From Escherichia coli (GTDB lineage Bacteria > Pseudomonadota > Gammaproteobacteria > Enterobacterales > Enterobacteriaceae), in NCBI RefSeq assembly GCF_050920415.1, contig NZ_CP169309.1: a stretch of DNA of 64,000 nt. One strand, 5' to 3'. Below the pieces are notes generated by a model. It was given only the letters and a program-made list of their open reading frames with translations. It ran no database searches and was not told where the DNA came from. Position numbers and translations under genes: made by a program. Below are positions 53,517-64,000 of the stretch, one piece after another (positions within the stretch are counted from its first letter, which is position 1; each line of letters opens with the position of its first letter).

Positions 53517-56500
53517 TTAATGGAAAATGACGTCAGGTGCGCTTAACGCTTCACTCAAATCAAACGTATCGAGTTCGGCAAAAGTGACAGATTTATTGTC
53601 ACGGTACACTCGAAGAGAACGGAAGCTCATTAGCGCTTTGCTATCAGCACTGTAGTGGTTAAAACCGGGTGAAAACTTAAGGACCAGCCGATACTCGCCC
53701 AGGTCATAGACACATGCGTCCTCAAAACCTGACTCCCAGCCTTTGTATCGCATTCCCATAAGTTGCCCAACGGTTGCGGATTTACCTTCCCAGCGAGTCA
53801 GGCTGTTACTGGCTGACTCGTCAGGTGTGAGCAGCACTGTGCGCCGCATCAACTGGCGAAAAGGCTGCATAATTTCGTAATCGGCAAAAACCTGTGCAAA
53901 TTCACTGCGCATTTCTGCTGTCATTTCTAACGGGTGGGCAATGCCAATCAGAGCATCCGCAGGCAGGTCAATTGGCTCATCTTGTGCGTTGCAGAACTCC
54001 CCCTCAGCGGCCACACGAAAGGCGTTGAGTAAACGACGCGGTTCATTTGCCGGATAAACCGCCCATATTAATCGCTGAGTAACCAGGCGAGTAAAGGGAT
54101 GATTAACAAACAGAGAATGAAAATCTGCCAGCGACCAGCGTCGGGTGGTGCGTAGGGCAGTTTCAAGACGCGGGAGCAGGTTTTTGCTCACCTGAGTGGC
54201 ATCTTTTTTTAGCCCTTTTAGTCGGGCCAGTGCCTCGGGCGCTTTCAGTTGATCGTCATCGGCGCGCAACCGGGGAACACTTTTCTGGCGAACGTTTTGC
54301 TGATCAAAGATAACCGGGTTGAGGTTTTCATCGAAGCGAACGGTAAACTGCCGGGGACCAAAATCAAATATCAACGCCTGCGGATCATCCAGGCCCAGTG
54401 TTGGGACTAATCTGTCCGCTAACTCTTCCTGGCTTAGTCCACGATTTTCTGCGACCACCTGAAGAAATTCCGCCGCGTTATCACGTAAGGGACGGGATTT
54501 CGCCCGTTGCGATATATGATGCAGCTGTATCAGTGCCATATCATTATTCATCTGAGTAAGTATATTCAGACCACTGACAGCACGGGCAGATTTGCCCTCT
54601 TGAGGCCAGGCAAGGATCTGTGTCGTCAGATTCCGAGCCGTGCTTTCGTCACCAAAGAGACTTAACGCCAAAAAAGCCCAGTTGTCTTTTGCGGGGGCGC
54701 CAGCCTGTTGCCAGGCGGTGAAGAGATCCCAGGCAAAAGCGGCCAGCGTTTGTGGCTGGCAGAACGTTTTCAGTTGTTCCAGCCCGCAATAAAAACGTCC
54801 GCCCTGGGTAAAGCGCAGCATTTCGCCAATAATTTCCAGAGCGTCATCAGTAACAGGTTGATTATTCGTGATAAGTCTCGGCCTGGACCACATTGCCGGA
54901 TGCCAGAAATCAGGGGCTTTGGGAATGCGTGCCGGGTAAATCTCTATTGGACTCTGTTTAAGTAATTGCTCCAGGGCAGGCCATACATCTGTACGCTGCC
55001 AACGATTGGCTACAGTTTGTAGCAATTCGCCATGTCCTTGTTCATACAGTAAACGCAGAGCATTGAGTGCCGCTTCGCTGTTATCGCCAGACCTGGCAAA
55101 GATTAATGGGATCAGCGCCGTAGCCGTATGCTCCGGCCATTGTAAAATCCACTGGCGAGCCAGATTACGCTGGCCCGCAAAACGATGCCAGACGCGGGCA
55201 ACGGGCAGCGCCAGTTCTGTTGCGCCAAAATGAATCAGCAGCGGAAATATCTCTTTGGGATGTCGGGCAAAGGCGGTGATTAATCCGGGCAAAGCATCGG
55301 TACCCAGCACACTTAACAGATATTCCACCCCGGTGTAATGAAAATCAGCCGCGACAATTTGTTGCCAGCACGATACTGCCATTTCGCGCGGCATTTGCGC
55401 GATAAGGTACAGATTCCACACTCCCCAACGCTTTTCATCAGTGTAATTAAATTTGCGTTGGAAAGTTCGCCACCCCTCCATCAACGCAACGCTATCTTGT
55501 GCCAGTAATGCGCTGGCGGCCTCTTCCCGGTAGTGTTTATTTTCAGTCTGTTTTGCCTGATAATTGAGCAATCTTCCTAATGAAGTATGTGTCTCTAGTT
55601 GATCGGTATCCAGAGCATCCAACTGTCCTGTGAGAATAAACTCATTAAACTTCCACCTGTGATCTTCAAAACCTAATTCCCGCAAGAAGGTATCGGTTCC
55701 TCTGCTAGCGAGACGTTCGTCAAAAGGCATGGCGCTAAAATGGCTGATTGTAGTTTGTTGTTCCTGCGTCCAGTGTTCCTGGGACGACCTGTACGCTTGC
55801 GGTACAAGCGTAAGTTCAGGTAGCGAAAAGTGAGTTATGGAAGTCTTTTTTCTGCCACGCCACGGTGGCGAAACGAGGATTTCAGGCAGACTGCTGTTAT
55901 CGGTGCTATCAATAACCGGTTTTGGCGAAGCCGATAAATAACTATTCACCACTGCCCGGGCTTGAGTACTTAACCACGGCATCACCTCTTCTGCCAGTTG
56001 TGGCTGCGATGCCATCAGCGTTTGTAACAGCGTATGCCAGTATTCATCACGTGCTTTTTGCTGTGCAGGCAGCTTTTTGTCTTCGATGATAGGATAACCA
56101 GGGCGCGCAGGGGGTTCTTTTAACGCCAGTAGTTCTGCCAGTGCGGCGAGCGTCGCATGGGGAAAGTTTTTACTGTATTTAGCCACACGTTGCAGGCTGG
56201 GTTTGTTTTTATCGGCAACTAACAGCAAGATGCGAATAACTTGCGGATGGTTAATTTGTACCAGCAGGCTACCGCAATCTTCTTTATGGGCATACATCGC
56301 GAGGCGTGGAACGGCTGCAATTCCCTGTTCGCGCAAAAGGGCGGCGCAGGCCGCGTAGCCGAAGTGGTTTTCATGCGACATGTAGCTGGCTTCGCGATCG
56401 CTAAATATATCCTGGCTCCAGTAGCGTTCGAGTTTTCTCACCGCTCTGGGGTCATTAGCAACAACTTTTAACCACTCCTTAGAATGAAAATGAGTCCGCG

Positions 56501-57167
56501 GGCATTCAAGGCCTACCAACTCATTGGCGATTTCTGGTTTCTCCGGGAGGATGAGTGCAATAAAAGGACGGCGAACTTTGGGTATTCCTGGCAGTGCGGC
56601 AATGAGTTTGTCGGCGCAACGCTGCCAGCAGCTTTCCTCTGCCAGAGAGAGATGCTTACGCAGTCGGAGATCGAATTCGTTATAGGTTTCTGAGCGATAA
56701 CCATAGCCATAACCATCGTCCTCGTTCTGATACTGCAATGTTACTACCAGAGGATCACTCTCATAACACCGTACAATAAACTGGCGTGCAATCACCACTT
56801 CAGTCGCATATTCCAGTCCCTCTTGTTGGACGATTTCATCGAGCAACTGTTGGCTATCATTTTGCGCGATACAGGCTAGCGCCGCCATTGTCCGGGCCGG
56901 AATTGAGGGGTTGTGCTCGCCTATCAAGTTGATGGCTTGCGTAATGGCCGACTGCCACTCCAGTGAAAAATTTTCATAACGCCAGACGATGTTTTTTTTC
57001 TTCTCAGCAATGTGTAGCAATTTATCACCCAGTGTCTGGATGAGGCTTTCAGTGATAACAGGCACCGGTTCGCCCGGCCAATTGCGATGGCTGAGTGGTG
57101 TTTTGCCTTTTTTATATTTCAGTTCCAGTTGGGCGTTATCCGCTAGCCACGGTAATTCCTTGTCCAT
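53517..57167 (-). CDS. yehI: Giant DUF4132-domain protein, 1216 aa
   Basis: Length (~1210 aa class), shared internal blocks with the upstream paralogs (e.g. 'LRLRKHLSLAEES.WQ.CA.KLIAA.P', 'ILPEKPEIA.E'; 'FTAWQQAGAPAKDNWAFLALSLFGDESTARNLT'). Confidence 0.8.
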   Translation of the reverse strand: MDKELPWLADNAQLELKYKKGKTPLSHRNWPGEPVPVITESLIQTLGDKLLHIAEKKKNIVWRYENFSLEWQSAITQAINLIGEHNPSIPARTMAALACIAQNDSQQLLDEIVQQEGLEYATEVVIARQFIVRCYESDPLVVTLQYQNEDDGYGYGYRSETYNEFDLRLRKHLSLAEESCWQRCADKLIAALPGIPKVRRPFIALILPEKPEIANELVGLECPRTHFHSKEWLKVVANDPRAVRKLERYWSQDIFSDREASYMSHENHFGYAACAALLREQGIAAVPRLAMYAHKEDCGSLLVQINHPQVIRILLLVADKNKPSLQRVAKYSKNFPHATLAALAELLALKEPPARPGYPIIEDKKLPAQQKARDEYWHTLLQTLMASQPQLAEEVMPWLSTQARAVVNSYLSASPKPVIDSTDNSSLPEILVSPPWRGRKKTSITHFSLPELTLVPQAYRSSQEHWTQEQQTTISHFSAMPFDERLASRGTDTFLRELGFEDHRWKFNEFILTGQLDALDTDQLETHTSLGRLLNYQAKQTENKHYREEAASALLAQDSVALMEGWRTFQRKFNYTDEKRWGVWNLYLIAQMPREMAVSCWQQIVAADFHYTGVEYLLSVLGTDALPGLITAFARHPKEIFPLLIHFGATELALPVARVWHRFAGQRNLARQWILQWPEHTATALIPLIFARSGDNSEAALNALRLLYEQGHGELLQTVANRWQRTDVWPALEQLLKQSPIEIYPARIPKAPDFWHPAMWSRPRLITNNQPVTDDALEIIGEMLRFTQGGRFYCGLEQLKTFCQPQTLAAFAWDLFTAWQQAGAPAKDNWAFLALSLFGDESTARNLTTQILAWPQEGKSARAVSGLNILTQMNNDMALIQLHHISQRAKSRPLRDNAAEFLQVVAENRGLSQEELADRLVPTLGLDDPQALIFDFGPRQFTVRFDENLNPVIFDQQNVRQKSVPRLRADDDQLKAPEALARLKGLKKDATQVSKNLLPRLETALRTTRRWSLADFHSLFVNHPFTRLVTQRLIWAVYPANEPRRLLNAFRVAAEGEFCNAQDEPIDLPADALIGIAHPLEMTAEMRSEFAQVFADYEIMQPFRQLMRRTVLLTPDESASNSLTRWEGKSATVGQLMGMRYKGWESGFEDACVYDLGEYRLVLKFSPGFNHYSADSKALMSFRSLRVYRDNKSVTFAELDTFDLSEALSAPDVIFH

Positions 57168-57176
57168 GCTCTTTCC

Positions 57177-60100
57177 TTATTCAAACAGGGCTTCAATATC
57201 GTTAATCAACTCGCTGGCGGTGATGTCATCGAGTGCGGAGAACTGCGCTTCCTGTGTTGAATGACTCCCCCAGCCATAGCTTTCTGCTTTGCCTTCCCAT
57301 AGCCACAGCTTGCTTAAGAGTTGCTCGGCACTGAGTTCGGCTGGCGACATACCAACTGCAAATCCTTCATCGATTTCCATGATTAATGACCAGCGGCCCA
57401 GAGGTTTGATCATCCAGCCGATCCAGCCACCGTCCTGCGGTTCACCACGCATCCAGCCTTTATTCGCCAGCCCCATTACCCGACCGCTCGGGCATTTTCT
57501 GCCTGCCCAGCGGGTCAATTCGCTGGCATTGCGCTCGGTTTCTGTCAGGGCATAACTGTTGCGGTCGAGCTGGCGGAACGGCGGTAACAGCTCGTAGTCG
57601 GCAAAAAGCTGACCAAAGGCGGCGGCATCCGTCGGTGATATTTCCAGAACGTGAGGAATACCAATAGAGATATCGCCTTCCGGCAGGGTGAAAAGATCAT
57701 CGTCAGCGGTGCTGTAGCTGTTATCTTCCGCCACACGGAAGCACGCCAGTAACTGGTTGTCTGCGCTATAAATGCCCCAAATCAGACGGCGGGTTAAGTG
57801 GCAGACCAGCGGATGCTCAACCAGAAAGAGCTGAAAGTTTTCCGGCGACCAGCGGCGGCGCAGGCACATGGCGGATTCCAGCCTTGCCACCTGCTGGGCG
57901 GCAACGGTACGCGCATCTTTTTTCAGCAGTTTGTAGCGGTTAACTGCATCGTTCGCTTGGGTTTCATCATCGCTTTTGTTCGGTTTAGGCAAGTCTTTCA
58001 GGCGGCTGCCGGAAACATCGCGCACAAACGGTTTTAAGGTTTCATCAAAGCTGACGGTGAACTGCCGTGGGCCAAAATCCAGCAGCAGCGAACCGTTATC
58101 ATCCAGACCGAGATCCGGTGCTAACCGGTCTTCAAGCTCCGCCACCGTGAGTTCGCGGCTCTCGGCAATGTCGGCAATTTTTTCTTTTGCCCGCTCCTGT
58201 AATGCTTTGAATTTCAGTTTCTGGGCGATGCCGTTAAGCTGCATCAGGGCGATATCACTACCGATAGCAGCGAGGATATCCAGCCCGACGGTGGCGCGTT
58301 TATGCTGGGATTCACCAGGCCAGGCGCGGATTAATGGCGTCAGTTTGCGGGCGGTGTCATCGTTGCCAAGAACACCTAATGCAGTGAACGCCCAGCTCTC
58401 TTTCGACGGCGCGCCAGCGGTCTCCCAGGCGGTAAACAGATCCCAGGCAAACTCAGCCAGTGAGTCGGCAGTACAGGCGTCTTTCACCTGTAATAACCCC
58501 GGATACAGCGTATCTTCCTGAGGGAAGCGAAGCATTTCACCGAGGTGGAAGAGGGCGCTATCTGGCAGTGATTGGGCGTTTGCTTTTAATACCGGGCGCG
58601 TCCAGAGCGATGGCTGATAAAAGGCCGGAAGAGTGGGGATTTTTGTCGGGTGATTATCTAAGGGATCGAGCGCTAGCAGAGCGTTCACCGCGTCTGTTAC
58701 TTCCGGCTGGTTATAACGCCGGGCGATTTCTTGCAATAATGGCTGATGACCGTTTTCTGTAAGCATACGCAAGGCAGCGCGGGCGTTGTCCTGCGCTTCA
58801 CCGGCTTTGCCGAGCGCCGCGGGCAGCAGGCCGGTAATGGCGTGTTCCGGGTATTTCAGCAGCCAGCTACGGGCGTCTTGTCGTAGGGTTTTGAGTTTGT
58901 TGAAGGCGCGGGCGACGGCAGGAGCCAGCTCACTCGCTGCGAAGTAATTCGTTATGGGCAAGGCTTCCTGTGGATAGCGTGCAAGTGAGTTTACTAACCC
59001 AGGTAATCCTTTGAGTCCAAAATGTAACATGGCGTATTCGGTATCGGTATGCGGAGATACAGTAAGGGCATTCCATGCTCTTATTGCTTTCTCCAGCGGC
59101 AATGTTGTCAAAATCCCCAAATGCCAATAATGCCCGGTAGGTGAATGAAACACCTTAAATTCACTTATTAAGGTTGCATAATCTTCATTTAGCCATGCCT
59201 CAACTACCGCTTCGGGAGCTTTAATATATGTACCAGCGATCCGTCGTTGAAAACCCATCCTTGCCAACAGATTGGCAGTACTTTCTTCATGACTAACCGT
59301 GATGTGTTTTGAATACCAGATATATTTCGCCAAAAGTTGATTACTGATTTCTTCTGTCAGATAACTGATTGGCTCAATGCCTAATGGTGCTAAATCAAGC
59401 ACCGGAATCGACGATTTTTTCTTTTTCGAAAGCCATGGTGGGGAGACTACTATGGCCGGCAGTAGATCGGTGCTGGCATGGTTTGAGGGCTGTGTCAGTT
59501 GTTGCTGGCATGATTTCAGCACTGCAGCTGCGGGTGTCGAAAGCCAGGGAATGACCTGTTCTGCCAGTGCTGGTTGCGAGATAAGCATCGTCATTAGCAT
59601 AATGCGCCAACTATTCTCTTCTTTTTGCACTAGAAGTTCCGCCAGTGCTGCCAGTGCTGCGTGTGGGAACGCAGCGCAGGCTTTCGTCATTCGATCGTGA
59701 CAGCGTTTAGTATGCCCGGCTACACGTATAAGCAGTGTTAATGCGAACGGATGATTGATATGACGCAACACATCGGCGCAGTAGTCACTTGCGGCATAGG
59801 GAGCAAATCGGGGCAGGGCTGCAACACCTTGCTCCTGTAATACGGTGGCTGACCATATCGCACCACAATAGTAATCATCAAAAATGGCATATGGCTCGTG
59901 ATATTTTTCTAATGAGGCAAGAATGTGCTCATCAGTCGCCACTATTTTTAGCCACTCAAGCGAGGGTAATTTTTTTTTCCCCAGTAGACGCTGGGCAATT
60001 TCATGTGCAATTTCTGGTTTTTCGGGTAATAACATAGCAATTAATGGTTGCCGCCATTCTGGAATATGTGGAATTGCGGCAATAAGTTTTTGTGCACATT

Positions 60101-60971
60101 TTTGCCAGAGAGACTCTTCCGCCAGTGATAAATGTTTCCGTAGGCGTAATTCAAAACTGGAATATTGCTGCAAGTTATCAGGTGCAATGCCAGACGGCAG
60201 AATAATAATGATATTATTCGCATAATTCCATTCAATATCAATCTGTTGAAGGTGTATTATTACATCAGTAGCATATTCCAGACCGCCTTCCTGAATGATC
60301 TGATCCATAACATCCTCACGCACTTTATATCTTGTGCATTTCATTTCAAGTGCCGTGAGTACAGCCATTACTGGTGATGGTAACTGTGTTGTTTTCAGGC
60401 AGTCGATCTGACTGATCGCCTGGGCGACGGTGTTTTGCCATACTAAAGAACAGGCGCTGAAGTCAAATGTGGCTGTTTTATTATCCCGTTGCGACACGCT
60501 ACAGGCTAAGCGACGTAACTGGGTCAAGTTGTCTGCTTGCTGAACAGGAACTCCGGGAAAGCGGCGATGGCTTAACGTGGTGTGTACAACTTCGGGCGGA
60601 AAAACGACAGCAATATCTTTCGCCAGCCACGGTAAAACATCATCTGTATTTTTGTCAGCCACACGGGCTTCTGCTACGCAAAAGGGTTGTTCCTGAATAA
60701 TGGTGGATAAGGCCGCTACCTTGAGAGAATCCGTTACCGTTTGGGAAGGTTGCAAAGAATTATCCTTCGCTTGCTCCACATACCCCTTCTTCACCTTCTC
60801 CGCAATCAGCCTCAGTTCCGCTTTTTCCGCCGCCGCAGCATCAGCAAAGCTTTTTACCTGGCTTTGCCCGTTGGTACTGACTTTGCCCCAACTAATATGC
60901 AGCTCGTTTCCCTGTTGCTCCACTGCCCAGAATTTATGTGATTTTTCGTCCTGATAAATATAGGTTTTCAT
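57177..60971 (-). CDS. molR: Giant WGR-domain + DUF4132 protein (MolR-like), 1264 aa, apparently intact
   Basis: N-terminal WGR-like block 'MKTYIYQDEKSHKFWAVEQQGNELHISWGKV'; DUF4132 body; C-terminus '...LDDITASELINDIEALFE' shared with the next paralog. Assignment to molR versus a strain-specific paralog is by length (1264 aa) only. Confidence 0.7.
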   Translation of the reverse strand: MKTYIYQDEKSHKFWAVEQQGNELHISWGKVSTNGQSQVKSFADAAAAEKAELRLIAEKVKKGYVEQAKDNSLQPSQTVTDSLKVAALSTIIQEQPFCVAEARVADKNTDDVLPWLAKDIAVVFPPEVVHTTLSHRRFPGVPVQQADNLTQLRRLACSVSQRDNKTATFDFSACSLVWQNTVAQAISQIDCLKTTQLPSPVMAVLTALEMKCTRYKVREDVMDQIIQEGGLEYATDVIIHLQQIDIEWNYANNIIIILPSGIAPDNLQQYSSFELRLRKHLSLAEESLWQKCAQKLIAAIPHIPEWRQPLIAMLLPEKPEIAHEIAQRLLGKKKLPSLEWLKIVATDEHILASLEKYHEPYAIFDDYYCGAIWSATVLQEQGVAALPRFAPYAASDYCADVLRHINHPFALTLLIRVAGHTKRCHDRMTKACAAFPHAALAALAELLVQKEENSWRIMLMTMLISQPALAEQVIPWLSTPAAAVLKSCQQQLTQPSNHASTDLLPAIVVSPPWLSKKKKSSIPVLDLAPLGIEPISYLTEEISNQLLAKYIWYSKHITVSHEESTANLLARMGFQRRIAGTYIKAPEAVVEAWLNEDYATLISEFKVFHSPTGHYWHLGILTTLPLEKAIRAWNALTVSPHTDTEYAMLHFGLKGLPGLVNSLARYPQEALPITNYFAASELAPAVARAFNKLKTLRQDARSWLLKYPEHAITGLLPAALGKAGEAQDNARAALRMLTENGHQPLLQEIARRYNQPEVTDAVNALLALDPLDNHPTKIPTLPAFYQPSLWTRPVLKANAQSLPDSALFHLGEMLRFPQEDTLYPGLLQVKDACTADSLAEFAWDLFTAWETAGAPSKESWAFTALGVLGNDDTARKLTPLIRAWPGESQHKRATVGLDILAAIGSDIALMQLNGIAQKLKFKALQERAKEKIADIAESRELTVAELEDRLAPDLGLDDNGSLLLDFGPRQFTVSFDETLKPFVRDVSGSRLKDLPKPNKSDDETQANDAVNRYKLLKKDARTVAAQQVARLESAMCLRRRWSPENFQLFLVEHPLVCHLTRRLIWGIYSADNQLLACFRVAEDNSYSTADDDLFTLPEGDISIGIPHVLEISPTDAAAFGQLFADYELLPPFRQLDRNSYALTETERNASELTRWAGRKCPSGRVMGLANKGWMRGEPQDGGWIGWMIKPLGRWSLIMEIDEGFAVGMSPAELSAEQLLSKLWLWEGKAESYGWGSHSTQEAQFSALDDITASELINDIEALFE

Positions 60972-60983
60972 TGCTAAATCCTT

Positions 60984-63900
60984 TTAATCAAACAATGATT
61001 CAATGTCGTTAATCAGCTCGCTGGCGGTGATGTCGTCGAGCATGGAAAAAGTAAGTAAAGGTTGTTTACCGTAGCGATCATCTGGCGAGGTGATTTTTAC
61101 GCTTTCAACAGGTAACAGGTCGCCATAACCTGTTTCACCATAAATTAATGAAAAATGTTCTGTTTCAAGTTCGAGATCGCCATAAGGGGTAGATTTGCGC
61201 ATCGCATAGACGCTGCCGCTTTCTTCCAGACGTTGCCAGCCTCGGCGCTCTAGCCCGACAATACGTCCGGCCTGACAGAGCTGTCCTTGCCAGCGTGTCA
61301 GGTCGTGGGTATTCCGTTCATTATCAGCAAGACGATAACTACCACGATCGAGCTGTTGGAAGGGGGGAAGCAGTTCGTAATCAGCGTAAATTTGCCTGAA
61401 TGCAGCGGCAGATTCAGGGGGGATCTCCAGCACATGCGGTATACCGATGTTTCCTGCTGGCAGCGTGAATAACTCATCCTGCGCATCGCTGTAAGTGCTG
61501 TCTTCTGCGACCCGGAAGCAGGCAATCAGCGTGTTTTCCTCAGTATATACTCCCCATAACAGCCGTCGGGTTAAGTGACGTACCAGCGGATGCTCCACCA
61601 GAAACAGGCGGAACTGTTCTGCCGTCCAGCGTCTGCGCTGGCACATAGCCTGCTCCAGACGATCAATCTGCTGACTGGCAATGGCGCGCACATCTTTCTT
61701 CAATTGTTTGAAGAGGTTAACGGCGTCAGTTGCCAGTGTTTTATCATCGCTCTGATTTGGTTTGGGTAAATCTTTCAGGACTTTGCCGTTTGCATCGCGC
61801 ACTACAGGTTTTAAGGTTTCGTCAAAAACAACGGTGAATTGACGTGGGCCGAAATCCAGTATCAGCGAGCCACTGCTATCAAGCCCTAAATCTGGAGCCA
61901 GGCGGTCTTCCAGTTCAGCCATAGTCAGCCCACGGTTTTCAGCAACTATGTTGATTTTCTCGCGGGCATGTTCCTGTAATGCAACGAATTTAATCTTTTT
62001 CGCAATGCCATTAAGCAGCATTAGCGCAACATCGCTGCCAATATCAGCTAATACATCCAACCCGGACACCGCCCGTTTATGCTGTGATTCCCCAGGCCAG
62101 GCACGGATAAGCGGGGTTAATTTACGCGCGGTGTCGTCATTGCCTAAAATCCCCAGCGAAGTAAATGCCCAGTTTTCTTTTGCGGGTGCGCCAGCTTCTG
62201 TCCAGGCGGTATACAGATCCCAGCCAAAGTCAGCCAGTGATTCGCGAGTGAAGGTTTCTTTGATGATCTCCAGCCCAGCGTAGGCGGTAATGTCGCGAGG
62301 AAAGCTCAGCATAGTGCCCAGGTGGCGCATAGCGTCATCTGGTAGAGGCAGGTTGTTACTTTTAAGCCGTGGTCTGCGCCATAAGGTGAACTGATAAAAG
62401 CCGGGCAGTGGGGCGATTTTTGCGGGATATTCTTCCAGAGGATCGCTATCAAATAATGTTGCCAGCGCAGCTAAAACATCAGGTTGATTATATCCTTGCG
62501 CGATTTTCTCAATCGTTTCTCGCTGGTTTAATTTCACTAGCAGTCGGAGCGCCTGGCGGGCATATTCCCGATTTTGGCACGGTTTGCCCAGCGCCAAAGG
62601 CAGTAGCCCGGCGGCGGCATGGCGCGGGTTATTTGCCAGCCAATTAACGGCATCCTTGTAAGCCATTTTTTTCTGTAACCGCTGCGCCATTGGTAAGGCT
62701 AGTTCACTGGCCCCAATAAAGAGGGTGAATATCCACAGTCGTTGATGATCTCGTTGCAAGCAGGTCATAAACGCAGGAATGGCCGTACTACCAAAAACTG
62801 CCAGAATCTCTTTCTCACCTGAATATCGCTCCTCAATGATTATTTGGTTGAGAAATGAAATCGCCTGTTGTCCCGGTAAGTAACAAAGCGCAGATAAATT
62901 CCAGCTTTTGTTGGCATTGTTGTGATATTTCGCAAACTCAGCTTTTAGTGCTGGAAAATCAAAGCGCAACAAGGCATCAACAGCGCTTTGCGGTATGTGT
63001 TTTTTTTCATGTAAGTCATCTTCGCAATGCAGCCATTCATTAAAACCTAATTGCCAAAGGATTTGTTGTTCTGGTGTAAAAGGAATGAAAGATGTCTCCC
63101 AGCTTTCTTTTTCAATTAGTGGTAGGTCGGTAAATAAGGTTTGCTGTGATGCCTGATATTTCGCGATTTCACTGAATCTGGATATGTCAGTGTGACTGAT
63201 TAACTCTGTAATTCCAGGTGTGATGTCAGTGACGGAAGGGATGGGAAGTACCGGTAAATCAAATACGGGTATTACATTCTTTTTCTTATTTATTGCCCAC
63301 GGTGGAGCGACAAGCAGCTCTGGCAACATATCCGCAGTGGCATACTCATATTCTTCAGCTACTGACTGAGGACGACATTCAGATAAGATGCCTGCCGCTT
63401 TAGCATTAACCCAGGGAATGACGTCGCGTACTAATTCTGGCGTGACGGTAATCAGTTTGACAAGCGCTTTACGCCACTCTTTGTCTTCATGTATTGCCAG
63501 CAAAGTAGCATAAGCGGCAATAGCCGCAGCGGGATGTTTTTGGCAGGCTTTGCTTAAGTATTCCAGGTGCTTTTTCTTGCCATTTACACCGAGGATCAGA
63601 ATTTGAATCGCATCCGGGTGATTCGTTTTCCATAGCCATTTGACAAGATCTTCAGTCTCGCTGATGCGCTCGAAGAGATAAGTGGGATTGTCAGAATGCT
63701 CTTCCACAAACTCAGTAAGTATCCGGCTTACACCGCGCCCCCCATTATTTGCCAGCAACATTGCCAGATAAGCGCGAAAATCACGATACAACGGTGGGAA
63801 GTCGTATTTTTCTGCTGTAGTCAGAGCTATATCATCGGTTACTACCAGTCTTAACCAGGTTATCGCCGGAACGTTTTGGTCTGCATAATGTAGCGCCATA

Positions 63901-64000
63901 GCATTGGCAATATCCGGGCGTTCAGGGAGCAGTAACGCGGCAAAAGGTTGCCGTGCTGGGGATAGCGTCGGAATAGCAGTAAGCACTTTATCCACACAGC
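60984..64000 (-). CDS. Third giant DUF4132 paralog, 3' portion (N-terminus lies beyond window end)
   Basis: ORF open to the window edge; near-identical blocks to the 1264-aa paralog ('FTAWTEAGAPAKENWAFTSLGILGNDDTARKLTPLIRAWPGESQHKRA', C-terminal 'LDDITASELINDIESLFD'). Confidence 0.75.
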   Translation of the reverse strand, partial: CVDKVLTAIPTLSPARQPFAALLLPERPDIANAMALHYADQNVPAITWLRLVVTDDIALTTAEKYDFPPLYRDFRAYLAMLLANNGGRGVSRILTEFVEEHSDNPTYLFERISETEDLVKWLWKTNHPDAIQILILGVNGKKKHLEYLSKACQKHPAAAIAAYATLLAIHEDKEWRKALVKLITVTPELVRDVIPWVNAKAAGILSECRPQSVAEEYEYATADMLPELLVAPPWAINKKKNVIPVFDLPVLPIPSVTDITPGITELISHTDISRFSEIAKYQASQQTLFTDLPLIEKESWETSFIPFTPEQQILWQLGFNEWLHCEDDLHEKKHIPQSAVDALLRFDFPALKAEFAKYHNNANKSWNLSALCYLPGQQAISFLNQIIIEERYSGEKEILAVFGSTAIPAFMTCLQRDHQRLWIFTLFIGASELALPMAQRLQKKMAYKDAVNWLANNPRHAAAGLLPLALGKPCQNREYARQALRLLVKLNQRETIEKIAQGYNQPDVLAALATLFDSDPLEEYPAKIAPLPGFYQFTLWRRPRLKSNNLPLPDDAMRHLGTMLSFPRDITAYAGLEIIKETFTRESLADFGWDLYTAWTEAGAPAKENWAFTSLGILGNDDTARKLTPLIRAWPGESQHKRAVSGLDVLADIGSDVALMLLNGIAKKIKFVALQEHAREKINIVAENRGLTMAELEDRLAPDLGLDSSGSLILDFGPRQFTVVFDETLKPVVRDANGKVLKDLPKPNQSDDKTLATDAVNLFKQLKKDVRAIASQQIDRLEQAMCQRRRWTAEQFRLFLVEHPLVRHLTRRLLWGVYTEENTLIACFRVAEDSTYSDAQDELFTLPAGNIGIPHVLEIPPESAAAFRQIYADYELLPPFQQLDRGSYRLADNERNTHDLTRWQGQLCQAGRIVGLERRGWQRLEESGSVYAMRKSTPYGDLELETEHFSLIYGETGYGDLLPVESVKITSPDDRYGKQPLLTFSMLDDITASELINDIESLFD

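Overview
This window reads as an Enterobacteriaceae (Escherichia coli-type) chromosomal segment, reverse-complemented relative to the usual K-12 map. All gene calls rest on reading the supplied six-frame translations against remembered protein families; no database search was run. The core backbone runs cirA (3' part) - yeiG - folE - yeiB - galS - mglBAC - preAT - yeiS - sanA - cdd - yohKJ - dusC - yohP - mdtQ - yohF - yohD - yohC - pbpG - dld - bglX - osmF-yehYXW - yohO - mlrA - btsSR - yehS - yehR - yehQPML - yehK - yehI - molR-like paralogs. Three things interrupt it. (1) A ~4.2 kb AT-rich accessory island between the convergent 3' ends of cirA and yeiG encodes an organophosphate-type MFS transporter, a SerB-like phosphoserine phosphatase, an L-serine dehydratase paralog and a small HTH regulator; I read this as a candidate phosphoserine uptake and catabolism module and rank it the most interesting novel-function candidate. 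(2) A mhbRTDHIM-like 3-hydroxybenzoate/gentisate catabolic island sits between yohJ and dusC. (3) A ZorO-like type I toxin ORF with a divergent candidate antitoxin sRNA sits between yehL and an ERIC repeat. Also notable: the tightly coupled yehLMPQ operon (MoxR AAA+ / VWA / SWIM) next to three tandem giant WGR-DUF4132 genes, an mdtQ reading frame broken by an in-frame TAA, small membrane proteins yohP and yohO, and several REP/BIME and ERIC repeats. No tRNA, rRNA, CRISPR array, IS element or integrase was seen.
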